Notes: generated from the letters alone by a model not told the origin. Counted from the stretch's first letter, positions 37,753-46,359 are shown. The stretch is 64,000 nucleotides of DNA from Candidatus Tayloriibacteriota bacterium (GCA_016215405.1 JACRJQ010000008.1:124898-188897); one strand, 5' to 3'. Translations and numbers: made by a program.

Positions 37753-39879
37753 CTATCTCGTCTCCGGTTTCTTGAAGAATATCGGGTCCGCCGATCTTAT
37801 GGAGAGATTCACCCTGCCTTTCTCGTCTATCTCTTTCACTACGACCGGGACCATCATTCCTGGCTTTACGAGGTCGGACGCCTTCTCTACGCGCCACGGC
37901 GCGAGCTCGGAGACATGCACGAGGCCTTCGGCAGTCTTCGAGATGCGAACGAACGCGCCGAAGTCGAGCACTCGGGTGACCTCGCCGTCGAGCCTGTCGC
38001 CAGGCTTATATTCCCGAGTCATGTCTTCGATGATTGCCCTCGCCTTATCCGAGCTGCCGTTCTTTCCCGTGATGAACACCGTGCCGTCGTCCTCGATGTC
38101 TATCTCGGCTTTGGTCGCGGCCTTTATCTCGTTTATGGTCTTTCCTCCGGATCCTATGACGAGCCCGATCTGATCGGGCTTTATCCTGATGACGAGTATC
38201 TCAGGCGCGTGAGAGGAGAGCTTCTCGCGAGGCTTAGAAATCTCCTTCTCTATGACGTCGAGGACCTTGAGCCTCGCGGCTCTAGCCTTTTCGAGTGCTT
38301 CTTCCAGGATATCGATCGGAACGCCCGCGACCTTAACGTCCATCTGCACCGCGGTGACTCCCGACCTCGAGCCTGCGACCTTGAAATCCATGTCTCCATG
38401 ATGGTCTTCGGGTCCCTGGATGTCGGTGAGTATCTCGTATTCGAGCTTTTTTCCGCCGAAGAGCTTCTTGCCCTCCCTCATCATGAGCCCCATCGCCATT
38501 CCCGCGACGGGCGCCTTGATGGGAACGCCCGCATCGAGAAGGGCGAGCGTCGATCCGCAGACGGACGCCATCGAGGTCGAGCCGTTCGAGGCCAGCGCCT
38601 CGGAGACTATCCGGATCGTATAAGGGAAATCCTCTTTCGGAGGGATGACCGGCAGGAGGGCTTTTTCGGCGAGGGCTCCGTGACCTATCATGCGGCGGTT
38701 CGTGGATCCTACGCGCCCTGTCTCGCCTGTCGAGAACGGCGGGAAGTTATAGTGGTGCATGTATCTCTTCTGCTCTTCGCCTTCCATGCCGTCGATAAGC
38801 TGCGTGTCCTGGGGGCCGCCGAGAGTGAGAGCCGAGAGGACGTGCGTCCCGCCGCGATAGAAGATGCCGGAGCCGTGGAGCATGTTCGAGACTCCGCCAG
38901 CCTGCGCGTAGAGAGGGCGTATCTCGTCCATCGCTCTGCCGTCGGAGCGGCGCTTGCCGTCGATTGCTTCATCGTGCACGAGGTCGCTTATCCTCGAGTC
39001 GAGATAGCCTGGCGCGAGCCTCTCTTTGCCGGGGAGCCTCTCTTTTACGAGCGCTTCCCATGTCCGGCCGAGCTCTTCGAGAGCGCCCTTGCCTCGCTTG
39101 CCCATCACCGCCTCCGCGAGCCTGGGCGCTATGTTCGCATCGAAGAGGGAGACAAGCTCCGCGGGCGTCTCTACGATGTCGACTGGCGCTTTTTCCTTTC
39201 CCCTCTCGGCGATTATCTTCTCTTGGAAGCTTTGTATCGCTTCGATCTCTTTCGACGCGGCCTTCAGGGCTTTCGAAAGGGTCTCTTCCTTCGCTTCGCG
39301 CGAAGCGACCTCTATCATGTTTATGAGCCCGTCTTTTCCGCACGCAAGCAGTTCGAGCTCGGCTTCGCCGTCCTCATCCCACGAAGGATTCACGGCTAAC
39401 CCCTTCTCGCCCTTCCTTATCCCTATCTTTACGGACGAGACCGGGCCGTTCCATGGAATCTGCGAAACTCCGAGCGCGAGGGATGCGGCGATGACTCCTA
39501 TCGAGTTAGGGTCGCCCTTTCCGAGGGATATCGCCGTGATGACGATCTGGACCTCATTGCGCATCCTCTGGTCGAAGAGCGGGCGGATCGTTCGGTCGAC
39601 GATGCGCCCTGAGAGGATCGCTTCGTCCGAGGGCCGGCCTTCCCTGCGCACGAATCTGGATCCGCCGATCTTGCCGCCGGCATAGAACCTCTCTTCGAAG
39701 TCCACGGTGAGCGGAAAGAAGTCTCCGTCCTTCTTGCCCTTCGACATGACAGCCGTCGCGAGGAGCGCGGTGTCGTCGTACGAGACGAGGACCGAGCCAT
39801 GGGCTTGGTCCGCGAGGTCGGAGAAGGTAGCCTTGAGAGCTCTGCCGCCGACGTCGATCGAATATTCCTTTTTCTGCAT
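37753..39879 (-). CDS. pnp: polynucleotide phosphorylase
   Basis: 708 aa; two RNase PH domains, KH and S1 at the C-terminus (...KPGDRLDGEVTRVLDFGAFVRI...). Confidence 0.95.
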   Translation of the reverse strand: MQKKEYSIDVGGRALKATFSDLADQAHGSVLVSYDDTALLATAVMSKGKKDGDFFPLTVDFEERFYAGGKIGGSRFVRREGRPSDEAILSGRIVDRTIRPLFDQRMRNEVQIVITAISLGKGDPNSIGVIAASLALGVSQIPWNGPVSSVKIGIRKGEKGLAVNPSWDEDGEAELELLACGKDGLINMIEVASREAKEETLSKALKAASKEIEAIQSFQEKIIAERGKEKAPVDIVETPAELVSLFDANIAPRLAEAVMGKRGKGALEELGRTWEALVKERLPGKERLAPGYLDSRISDLVHDEAIDGKRRSDGRAMDEIRPLYAQAGGVSNMLHGSGIFYRGGTHVLSALTLGGPQDTQLIDGMEGEEQKRYMHHYNFPPFSTGETGRVGSTNRRMIGHGALAEKALLPVIPPKEDFPYTIRIVSEALASNGSTSMASVCGSTLALLDAGVPIKAPVAGMAMGLMMREGKKLFGGKKLEYEILTDIQGPEDHHGDMDFKVAGSRSGVTAVQMDVKVAGVPIDILEEALEKARAARLKVLDVIEKEISKPREKLSSHAPEILVIRIKPDQIGLVIGSGGKTINEIKAATKAEIDIEDDGTVFITGKNGSSDKARAIIEDMTREYKPGDRLDGEVTRVLDFGAFVRISKTAEGLVHVSELAPWRVEKASDLVKPGMMVPVVVKEIDEKGRVNLSIRSADPIFFKKPETR

Positions 39880-39965
39880 AGTGCGAAAGACCGTAGGATT
39901 TTAGGCCTCAAATCTTTTTTGAGATCTACCTATCCGACGGCCTGATTAAGGCTGGTAACGGCTCT

Positions 39966-39971
39966 ATTGTA
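39966..39971 (-). promoter_or_regulatory. candidate -10 element (TACAAT) for pnp; the leader contains the CTCAAA-TCTT-TTTGAG hairpin
   Basis: Minus strand reads ...TTTGATACAATAGAGCC...; hairpin at 39921-39938. Confidence 0.25.
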
Positions 39972-40020
39972 TCAAATCCAGAGACGAAGAAGCGCCGGCC
40001 TTTCGGCCGGCGCTCCATTC

Positions 40021-40653
40021 TTATCTGAGCTTTCGGATGACCTTTCTCATGCCTCCGACCCTTCCGTCGTCCCCGCCCCTGTTCTGCTCTTGGGGATTCT
40101 GACCCTGAGGCTTGCGGCGCTCGGGCTGGTCTCTCCTGCCGCCCCCATAGGCGCCGAGGACGTATCGGCGGGGGTCTGAATCGAGGTCGATGAAATCGTC
40201 CGCGACCTCTTTGAGCTTACCTGACGCCGATTTGCCGAAGGTTATGACTTCGACCTGGCATCCCTGCATCTTGAGATACTCGACTAGGGGAATGAAATCG
40301 CCGTCGCCCGAGGCGAGGACGACCACGTCGAGCTTGGAGGCGAGCTTTACCGCGTCTATCGCGAGCCCTACGTCCCAGTCCGCCTTCTTTGATCCAGACG
40401 AGAATATCTGGAGGTCTTTGGTCTTGGTCTCGATGCCCATCTTGTTGAGGGCGTCGAAGAATCCCGATTCCTCGCCCGTCTCCGTCGTTATGACGTAGGC
40501 GATGGCGCGGACGAGCTGGCGCCCCGAGAGCGCGTCCGTAAGGACGTTCTCGAAATTGACGCGGCCGTGATGCAGGTTCTTTGCTGAATGATAGAGGTTC
40601 TGCGCGTCGAGGAATACTCCTACGCGCTGCTCCTTGTGTTTTATGACTGACAT
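40021..40653 (-). CDS. NYN/LabA-like domain protein with Gly/Arg-rich tail
   Basis: 210 aa; RVGVFLDAQNLYHSAKNL...VVVLASGDGDFIPLVEY matches the NYN (PF01936-like) nuclease fold. Inserted between rpsO and pnp. Confidence 0.65.
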   Translation of the reverse strand: MSVIKHKEQRVGVFLDAQNLYHSAKNLHHGRVNFENVLTDALSGRQLVRAIAYVITTETGEESGFFDALNKMGIETKTKDLQIFSSGSKKADWDVGLAIDAVKLASKLDVVVLASGDGDFIPLVEYLKMQGCQVEVITFGKSASGKLKEVADDFIDLDSDPRRYVLGAYGGGRRDQPERRKPQGQNPQEQNRGGDDGRVGGMRKVIRKLR

Positions 40654-40797
40654 ATGTGTTCTTGGCCGGAGGCGGGCGATCGATTCGCGGCTTCCGGCGT
40701 TTATTACGAAAATAATACCGACTCTTTATAAAATATCCCTTGAGTCAAGGATACCATGCGACAAACGAAGAGTCCGCCCTAAGGCGGACCATCGTGA

Positions 40798-41067
40798 CTA
40801 CTTCTTGAGCTCGAGCTTCTTCGTTATCTCGGAGTACCTCTTAGGGTGTTTCTTCTCGAGATACTTCAGATGGGTCTGCCTGTCGGCGACCATGGCGAGG
40901 AGTCCCCTGCGGGAATGCCTATCCTTGTCGTGCTTCTTGAGGTGCTTTGCGAGCTCCTCGATCTTAGAGGTGAGGAGAGCGATCTGGACCTCCGGAGAAC
41001 CGGTGTCGGTCGCATGAACGCCTACGCTCTTAATCACTTTGGTTTTCTTTGTCGTTGAAAGCATGGT
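40798..41067 (-). CDS. rpsO: 30S ribosomal protein S15
   Basis: 89 aa from the internal Met: MLSTTKKTKVIKSVGVHATDTGSPEVQIALLTSKIEELAKHLKKHDKDRHSRRGLLAMV... Confidence 0.9.
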   Translation of the reverse strand, partial: TMLSTTKKTKVIKSVGVHATDTGSPEVQIALLTSKIEELAKHLKKHDKDRHSRRGLLAMVADRQTHLKYLEKKHPKRYSEITKKLELKK

Positions 41068-41187
41068 CTTAGGAGGATAGCACATATATTTTAAAAATGC
41101 AAGGCTTTTAGCCCTCGTTTGGCGGCGAGGGCCTCTTTGAAGGGGTTTTGGTATAATATTGTGCGACACGCGCGGTCATATAGAACC

Positions 41188-42138
41188 ATGGCATCACTTA
41201 AAGAATTAAAGACCCGGTTCCTCGAATATACGGAGATAGAAAAGGGTCGCAGCCTCAATACCGTACAGAACTACGACCGCTATCTCACCCGTTTTCTAGG
41301 TTTTTTAAAGAAGGATTCCCCTTCTGACATCACCGACGCTTCGGTGCGCGATTTTCGCCTGTGGCTTAACCGCCAGTCGACCGGCAACAATAAAAAGACC
41401 GGCGAGACGTTAAAGAAAAAGACGCAGAACTACTACCTTATCGCTTTGCGCGCGTTCCTCAAGTACCTCGCGCGGCAGAATGTAAAATCACTCGCGCCCG
41501 AGCGTATCGAGCTCGCGAAAGTCGGCGAGCGGCACATCGAGTTTATGAACAACGACGAGCTTCATCGCCTCCTGGAGGCGCCGAAAGTCCTAGGGGAGGC
41601 CAAGGATAAGGGCTCTGGCCTTAAGGTCTTGCGCGATTACGCGATCTTGCAGCTCCTTTTCTCGACAGGGCTTCGCGTCTCCGAGCTCTGCTCCCTTTCG
41701 CGCGACATCGACCTTTCGGCGGAGGAAGTGTCTATCCGCGGCAAGGGTGACAAGGTTCGCGTCGTGTTCCTTTCAGACGAGGCGCGCTCGGCGGTCAAAG
41801 CCTATCTCGACAAGCGAGACGACATGGATGACGCTCTCTTTGTGAAAGTCGCGGTGGAGAAGCGCGCGAACGGCGGGTCGGCGCCCTTAACCCGCCGCTC
41901 GGTCGAGAGGATCGTCAAATTCTATGCGGGCAAGGCGGGCATCATGTCGAAGAAGGTAACGCCTCACGTCATACGGCATTCTTTCGCGACCGACCTCCTT
42001 TCAAACGGCGCCGACTTACGCTCGGTCCAGGCTCTGTTAGGCCATGCCAATATCGGCACCACCCAGATCTATACTCACGTGACAGACAAACACCTGCGTA
42101 ATATCCACAAGCAGTTTCACAATCGACGTAAAAATTGA
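41188..42138 (+). CDS. xerC: tyrosine recombinase XerC/XerD
   Basis: Core-binding N-domain plus catalytic HVIRHSFATDLL...LLGHANIGTTQIYTHV (R..H-R-Y). Confidence 0.85.
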   Translation: MASLKELKTRFLEYTEIEKGRSLNTVQNYDRYLTRFLGFLKKDSPSDITDASVRDFRLWLNRQSTGNNKKTGETLKKKTQNYYLIALRAFLKYLARQNVKSLAPERIELAKVGERHIEFMNNDELHRLLEAPKVLGEAKDKGSGLKVLRDYAILQLLFSTGLRVSELCSLSRDIDLSAEEVSIRGKGDKVRVVFLSDEARSAVKAYLDKRDDMDDALFVKVAVEKRANGGSAPLTRRSVERIVKFYAGKAGIMSKKVTPHVIRHSFATDLLSNGADLRSVQALLGHANIGTTQIYTHVTDKHLRNIHKQFHNRRKN

Positions 42139-42213
42139 TCCGTCCGAAGCGGACGATCTTTATCGTCCCGGACTACGATTCGGTGGTTGGTCGGGTGTGG
42201 TATCCTGGTTTTT

Positions 42214-43011
42214 ATGAAGATAATGTCGTGGAACGTGAACGGCATCCGCGCCGTCCTTAAAAAGGGCGAGCTTATGCCGTTCATAGAGAAGCACTCTCCC
42301 GATATCCTCTGTCTTCAAGAGACGAAGGCGTCGAGAGACCAAGTCGAGATCGACCTTGTAGGCTATGAGGAGTATTGGAACTCAGCCGAGAAGAAAGGCT
42401 ACTCAGGCACCGCGATATTCACCAAGACAAAGCCGCTATCGGTCATTCACGGCATCCCTGACGAGATAGCCGAAAAGCACGGCCTGGGATCGGATGATTA
42501 TGGCGATCCGAGGACCGAAGGCCGCGTTTTAACGGCCGAATATAAGGACTTTTACGTAGTCACGGTATATACCCCGAACGCCAAAGACGACCTCACCCGC
42601 ATACCTCTCCGTCACAAGCAGTGGGATCCGGCGTTCCTCGCTTATTTGAAAACGCTCGAAGAGAAAAAGCCCGTCATATTCTGCGGAGATCTAAACGTCG
42701 CTCACACTCCCGACGATCTCGCACGGCCGAAAGAGAACGTCGGATTGAAAGGGTTTACCGCCGAGGAGCGCGAAGGGTTCGAGAGCTTCATCAAAGCCGG
42801 ATTCGTCGACACGTTCCGGCTGTTCCATAAAGGGAATGGATTCTATACCTGGTGGTCACATTTCGCGAACGCTCGCGCGCGTAACGTCGGCTGGAGGATC
42901 GATTACGTTTTGGTATCTGAAAAGCTCGCGAATAAAGTAAAGAAAGCAGAGATCCATCCTGAGGTTACGGGCTCGGATCATTGCCCTGTCTCCATAGAGA
43001 TAAGCCTATAA
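42214..43011 (+). CDS. xth: exodeoxyribonuclease III (AP endonuclease)
   Basis: MKIMSWNVNGIRAV...LCLQETK...; C-terminal SDHCPV motif. Confidence 0.9.
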   Translation: MKIMSWNVNGIRAVLKKGELMPFIEKHSPDILCLQETKASRDQVEIDLVGYEEYWNSAEKKGYSGTAIFTKTKPLSVIHGIPDEIAEKHGLGSDDYGDPRTEGRVLTAEYKDFYVVTVYTPNAKDDLTRIPLRHKQWDPAFLAYLKTLEEKKPVIFCGDLNVAHTPDDLARPKENVGLKGFTAEEREGFESFIKAGFVDTFRLFHKGNGFYTWWSHFANARARNVGWRIDYVLVSEKLANKVKKAEIHPEVTGSDHCPVSIEISL

Positions 43012-43553
43012 ACGTAGAATACAATAGTCCCCATTATAGCGAGGCGAATCAGAGCCGTTTGACGATGTCCTTTATAAGAGATAGTTATCCCCACGTATGT
43101 CCTTTACATGTCCTTTAGTGCTGCTACAATATCTTACGTGAGTCGCCGAGATTAATTTTTCGGGAGGGCTCATGAAGTTCCTTCACATAGTCGGTAGTCG
43201 TAAGGTTTGGTCTAAATTGCTTTGTCGGTTCGGTTGATGCTCGGCAATGTGCGCTTGAAGATGTTTCGAACGCAGATTGTCGGGTGTCATTCGGATCTAT
43301 AAGCAACAATCTAGAGCTTGAGCAATTCTTTGCTCGCTCAAAATCTGAAATGACAGCTCCGACGAGCGCAGATGACGCCTCCATTCAAAAGGCGACATTA
43401 TACAATTTTGCGCGCTTCCCTTATGGAATCGCGCCCTCTGCACTCATCAAGCGGCCATTTTAGGAACCGCTAGGAAATCCCTGGCGGTTTTCTTATTCCT
43501 GGATGTCGGTTCAGAAAGTTAAAACATGGCTCAGTTGAGCCATGTTTTCTATC
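43012..43553. other. AT-rich non-coding island with three ATGTCCTTTA direct repeats
   Basis: ~540 bp of lower GC. Repeats at 43065-43074, 43097-43106 and 43108-43117. The only ORF (43124..43384, minus) has no recognisable features. Confidence 0.4.
43521..43548 (-). terminator. intrinsic terminator after cca
   Basis: AAAACATGGCTCA-GTT-GAGCCATGTTTT, a perfect 12-bp stem. Confidence 0.6.
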
Positions 43554-45047
43554 CTATTTCACCTTATGTTTGTTGCGTATCTTGGCGAGCTCCTCTTCTT
43601 CCGCTTTCATTTTCTTCTCTTTCCCTACCGCCGCGAGCTTGCTTAGCGTGGGCAGATCAAGCTCGTTGAGCTCCTTTGTCCTCGTCGAGAGATACTCGTC
43701 GGTGTTTTTCTTCGGATCGTCGAGCACTTCTTCCATAAGGGCGTTAAGGATGAGCCCGACCTTAGGTCCCGGCGCCATCTTCCCTATCTCCATGACCTTC
43801 TTGCCGTCGATCTTGAGCATGCCTACCGATATTGGGTCGCGCAGAGCCTCTTCGACCATGGCTTTGTACTTGCGGAGCCGATACGGATTCTCCTTAGGCC
43901 TTCCCGTGCCTATCCTGTCGCAGATTCTGACGTTCATGAGGTCCCAGATCCGCTCTTTTCCAACGTTCGCTATCATGCGGCGTACCGCAGAAAGGGTTAT
44001 CTGTTCGGTATCTGAGAAGAACATGTGCCAGCGGACCAGTTTTACCACATAGTCGACCGTTTCACGTGAAAAATTGAGGTTTTTGAGTATCTTTTCGGTC
44101 ATTTTCGCCCCCACGACTTCGTGGCCATAGAACGTATACTTCGTTTCACGGGAAACCCTCCTTGTACGTGGCTTGCCGATATCGTGAAAAAGAGCCGCGA
44201 TCCTTATCTCCAAAGGATATTTCTTGTCTGCTGCATGTTGTACCGTTCTTAGGAGATGTTCCCAGACGTCGTAGGCATGAGCCATATTTTGCTCAATATC
44301 GTAGGATTCCTCGAGCTCTTTCGCTATATAAGGAATAACTCCCAATTCCCTGCTCATTATCAAGGCGTTCATGGGCACATCTGACATAAGGATACGCACG
44401 AATTCCTCGCGGATGCGCTCTTTCGCTATATGGCCCAGGAGGTTTGCGTGCGTTTTGAGGGCTTCTAAGGTTCCCTTTTCTATCCCAAACCCGAGTTCAG
44501 CGGATATTCGAATGGCCCTCATTATGCGCAGGGCGTCTTCCGATAGGCGATCATGAGGGTTGCCGACAGTCCTAATAAGGCCATTTTTAAGGTCCTTTTG
44601 GCCATCGAACATATCGGTTATGCTTCCTGTGAAACTGTCGGTCTCCCCTTTCCTCTCGATTTTGAGGGCAAGGGCGTTTATTGTGAAATCCCGGCGTTTG
44701 AGGTCGTCTTCAAGCTTCTTGCTGAAAGTCACGCTATCGGGTCGTCTCTTGTCGGTATAGCCCGATTCAAGCCTAAAAGGCGTCACCTCGATGACTTTTA
44801 GCCTGGGACTTGAGGCGTCCTCAGAGACGACGCCTACTGTGCCGTAATCGTTCTCATAGAACGTATGTTCGAAGGTCTTTACGATCTCCTCCGGAGACGC
44901 GTCGGTCGCAACATCCCAATCTTTCGGTTCGCGGCCGATGAGTAGGTCTCGGACGCAGCCGCCAACGAGATATGCCTGAAATCCAGATTTCTCCAGACCC
45001 TCTGTTACGTGTGAAACCTCTTTCGGGATCTTAAATGAATTTTTCAT
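43554..45047 (-). CDS. cca: CCA-adding tRNA nucleotidyltransferase with HD domain
   Basis: GGCVRDLLIG...DWDVAT (pol-beta NT), RRDFTINALAL, HD motif LFHDIGKP. Internal start MKNSFKIPKEV with TATAAT upstream. The longer ORF would overlap the tRNA-Arg gene. Confidence 0.85.
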   Translation of the reverse strand: MKNSFKIPKEVSHVTEGLEKSGFQAYLVGGCVRDLLIGREPKDWDVATDASPEEIVKTFEHTFYENDYGTVGVVSEDASSPRLKVIEVTPFRLESGYTDKRRPDSVTFSKKLEDDLKRRDFTINALALKIERKGETDSFTGSITDMFDGQKDLKNGLIRTVGNPHDRLSEDALRIMRAIRISAELGFGIEKGTLEALKTHANLLGHIAKERIREEFVRILMSDVPMNALIMSRELGVIPYIAKELEESYDIEQNMAHAYDVWEHLLRTVQHAADKKYPLEIRIAALFHDIGKPRTRRVSRETKYTFYGHEVVGAKMTEKILKNLNFSRETVDYVVKLVRWHMFFSDTEQITLSAVRRMIANVGKERIWDLMNVRICDRIGTGRPKENPYRLRKYKAMVEEALRDPISVGMLKIDGKKVMEIGKMAPGPKVGLILNALMEEVLDDPKKNTDEYLSTRTKELNELDLPTLSKLAAVGKEKKMKAEEEELAKIRNKHKVK

Positions 45048-45087
45048 TTTACCCTTATTATATAAGCCTTTTAGAGTGCTTTGCTGT

Positions 45088-45158
45088 GCTCCCGGAGGGA
45101 TTCGAACCCCCAACAACGGTTCCGAAGACCGGTATGATATCCATTTCACTACGGGAGC
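45088..45158 (-). tRNA. tRNA-Arg (anticodon UCG)
   Basis: Cloverleaf folded by hand: acceptor GCTCCCG/CGGGAGC, D-stem GTGA/TCAT, anticodon loop CTTCGGA (U33, UCG, G37), T-arm GGGGG-TTCGAAT-CCCTC. One C:U mismatch at 27:43. Confidence 0.7.
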
Positions 45159-45248
45159 AACAGGGTAATCATACGCGAAAAGGGCGATAAATCAAAAATA
45201 TCTGGGATATTTTGAATTTTCGATGGCTTGGTGTATATTGTTTTCATC

Positions 45249-45319
45249 GCGGGTATCGTTTAGTGGTAGGACACGTCCTTGCCAAGGATGAGGTGAGAGT
45301 TCGATTCTCTCTACCCGCA
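45249..45319 (+). tRNA. tRNA-Gly (anticodon GCC)
   Basis: Acceptor GCGGGTA/TACCCGC, anticodon stem CGTCC/GGATG with loop TTGCCAA, T-arm GAGAG-TTCGATT-CTCTC. Confidence 0.85.
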
Positions 45320-45361
45320 CAAATGAAAAGGCGCCTCAGGGCGCCTTTTCATTTGTGCGGG
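45314..45361 (+). terminator. 22-bp perfect hairpin that uses the tRNA-Gly 3' acceptor strand (CCCGCACAAATGAAAAGGCGCC-TCAG-GGCGCCTTTTCATTTGTGCGGG)
   Basis: The stem includes the last 6 nt of the tRNA; likely terminator or processing structure. Confidence 0.5.
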
Positions 45362-45810
45362 TAAGCCCTGCCTTTGACAGGACGTGGAAGAATCGAAGCC
45401 ACTCTCCTATGTTTCTGAGGATGTATCCATCCCGAGAAACAGGAGACGGGTACTGCCCACGTGAGGAACGATTCTCCCCATCTCAACAAAATCTTAAATG
45501 TCCTTTACGCTTTGAAACAATTTTCCCCTCCCTCTCGTATAAAGCATTTTCTAAAAAACGACTATATTTAAGGGTATTTTGCAAAACTGTGGATAACTCT
45601 GTGGATTGTGTTTAAAAGACATGGTCTACGACCGAGTTGAGGGCCCTGTCTTTTGTCCTTGGTAGCGCTTCATAGAGCCTTATATTGACAGATTCTCGAT
45701 ATTAATCCAGAAGATAGGTGCTATGTTACATATGTAACATAATTTACTGTTTCATGTGAAATTTTAGTCGTTTTTATATTTATTTTAGGGTTATCAGGCA
45801 TACTTTCAGT

Positions 45811-46206
45811 GTGAAAATATTTACATCAGCAAATCAAAAGAGGGGTGAATTAGGCGAAAGTGTCGCGTGTAGGTTTCTGCTCGATCGAGGCTTTTCAGTC
45901 ATCGAGAGAAATTATACCCGTAAATGGGGAGAGATCGACATTATCGCTCTTCGTGGAGGAATGCTCCATTTTATAGAGGTAAAGAGCGTTTCACGTGAAA
46001 ATATCGATGATATTTCACATGAAACGGCTGGTTTAAGGCCAGAGGATCAAATGCATAGCCACAAACAAGGGAGACTGAAGAGGATGATAGAGACTTATAT
46101 CGCCGAACACAAAACGAACGCCTGGCAGTTCGATCTTTTGTGCGTCTATATAGACGAGAAATGCAAAAAGGCCAGAGTAAAGGTGATGGGGGACTTGGTG
46201 CTGTAG
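45811..46206 (+). CDS. yraN: YraN/UPF0102-family endonuclease
   Basis: RGELGESVACRFLLDRGFSVIERNY...GEIDIIAL...HFIEVKS is the YraN signature. Confidence 0.75.
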   Translation: MKIFTSANQKRGELGESVACRFLLDRGFSVIERNYTRKWGEIDIIALRGGMLHFIEVKSVSRENIDDISHETAGLRPEDQMHSHKQGRLKRMIETYIAEHKTNAWQFDLLCVYIDEKCKKARVKVMGDLVL

Positions 46207-46240
46207 CGACGTCGGGCCTAGCCTGTCTGTTTTCAGGTGA

Positions 46241-46275
46241 TCTTTTAAATATATGAAAAACCGCCTTAAGGCGGT
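46241..46275. terminator. bidirectional hairpin terminator (ATATGAAAAACCGCC-TTAA-GGCGGTTTTTCATAT)
   Basis: Immediately 3' of tRNA-Pro (minus strand) and downstream of yraN (plus strand). Confidence 0.55.
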
Positions 46276-46286
46276 TTTTCATATTG

Positions 46287-46359
46287 TCGGGGCGCTGGGA
46301 TTCGAACCCAGAGTCACTTGATCCCAAGTCAAGCATGTTAGCCGTTACACCACGCCCCG
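46287..46359 (-). tRNA. tRNA-Pro (anticodon UGG)
   Basis: Acceptor CGGGGCG/CGCCCCG, anticodon stem CTTGA/TCAAG with loop CTTGGGA, T-arm CTGGG-TTCGAAT-CCCAG. Confidence 0.85.

Noticed and set aside
43124-43384. 86-aa minus-strand ORF in the AT-rich island
   Set aside because: No start context, motifs or conservation cues; lies in repeat-bearing low-GC DNA; left as non-coding.
45355-45615. 86-aa ORF (and 47221..47412, 63 aa) downstream of the tRNA-Gly genes
   Set aside because: They overlap the tRNA 3' ends and hairpins. The two homologous regions are conserved at nucleotide level but differ in reading frame, so they are non-coding.
45687-45715. TTGACA…TATTAAT as a yraN promoter
   Set aside because: The spacer between TTGACA and the best -10 candidate is only 9-10 nt, so it is not a credible sigma70 promoter.
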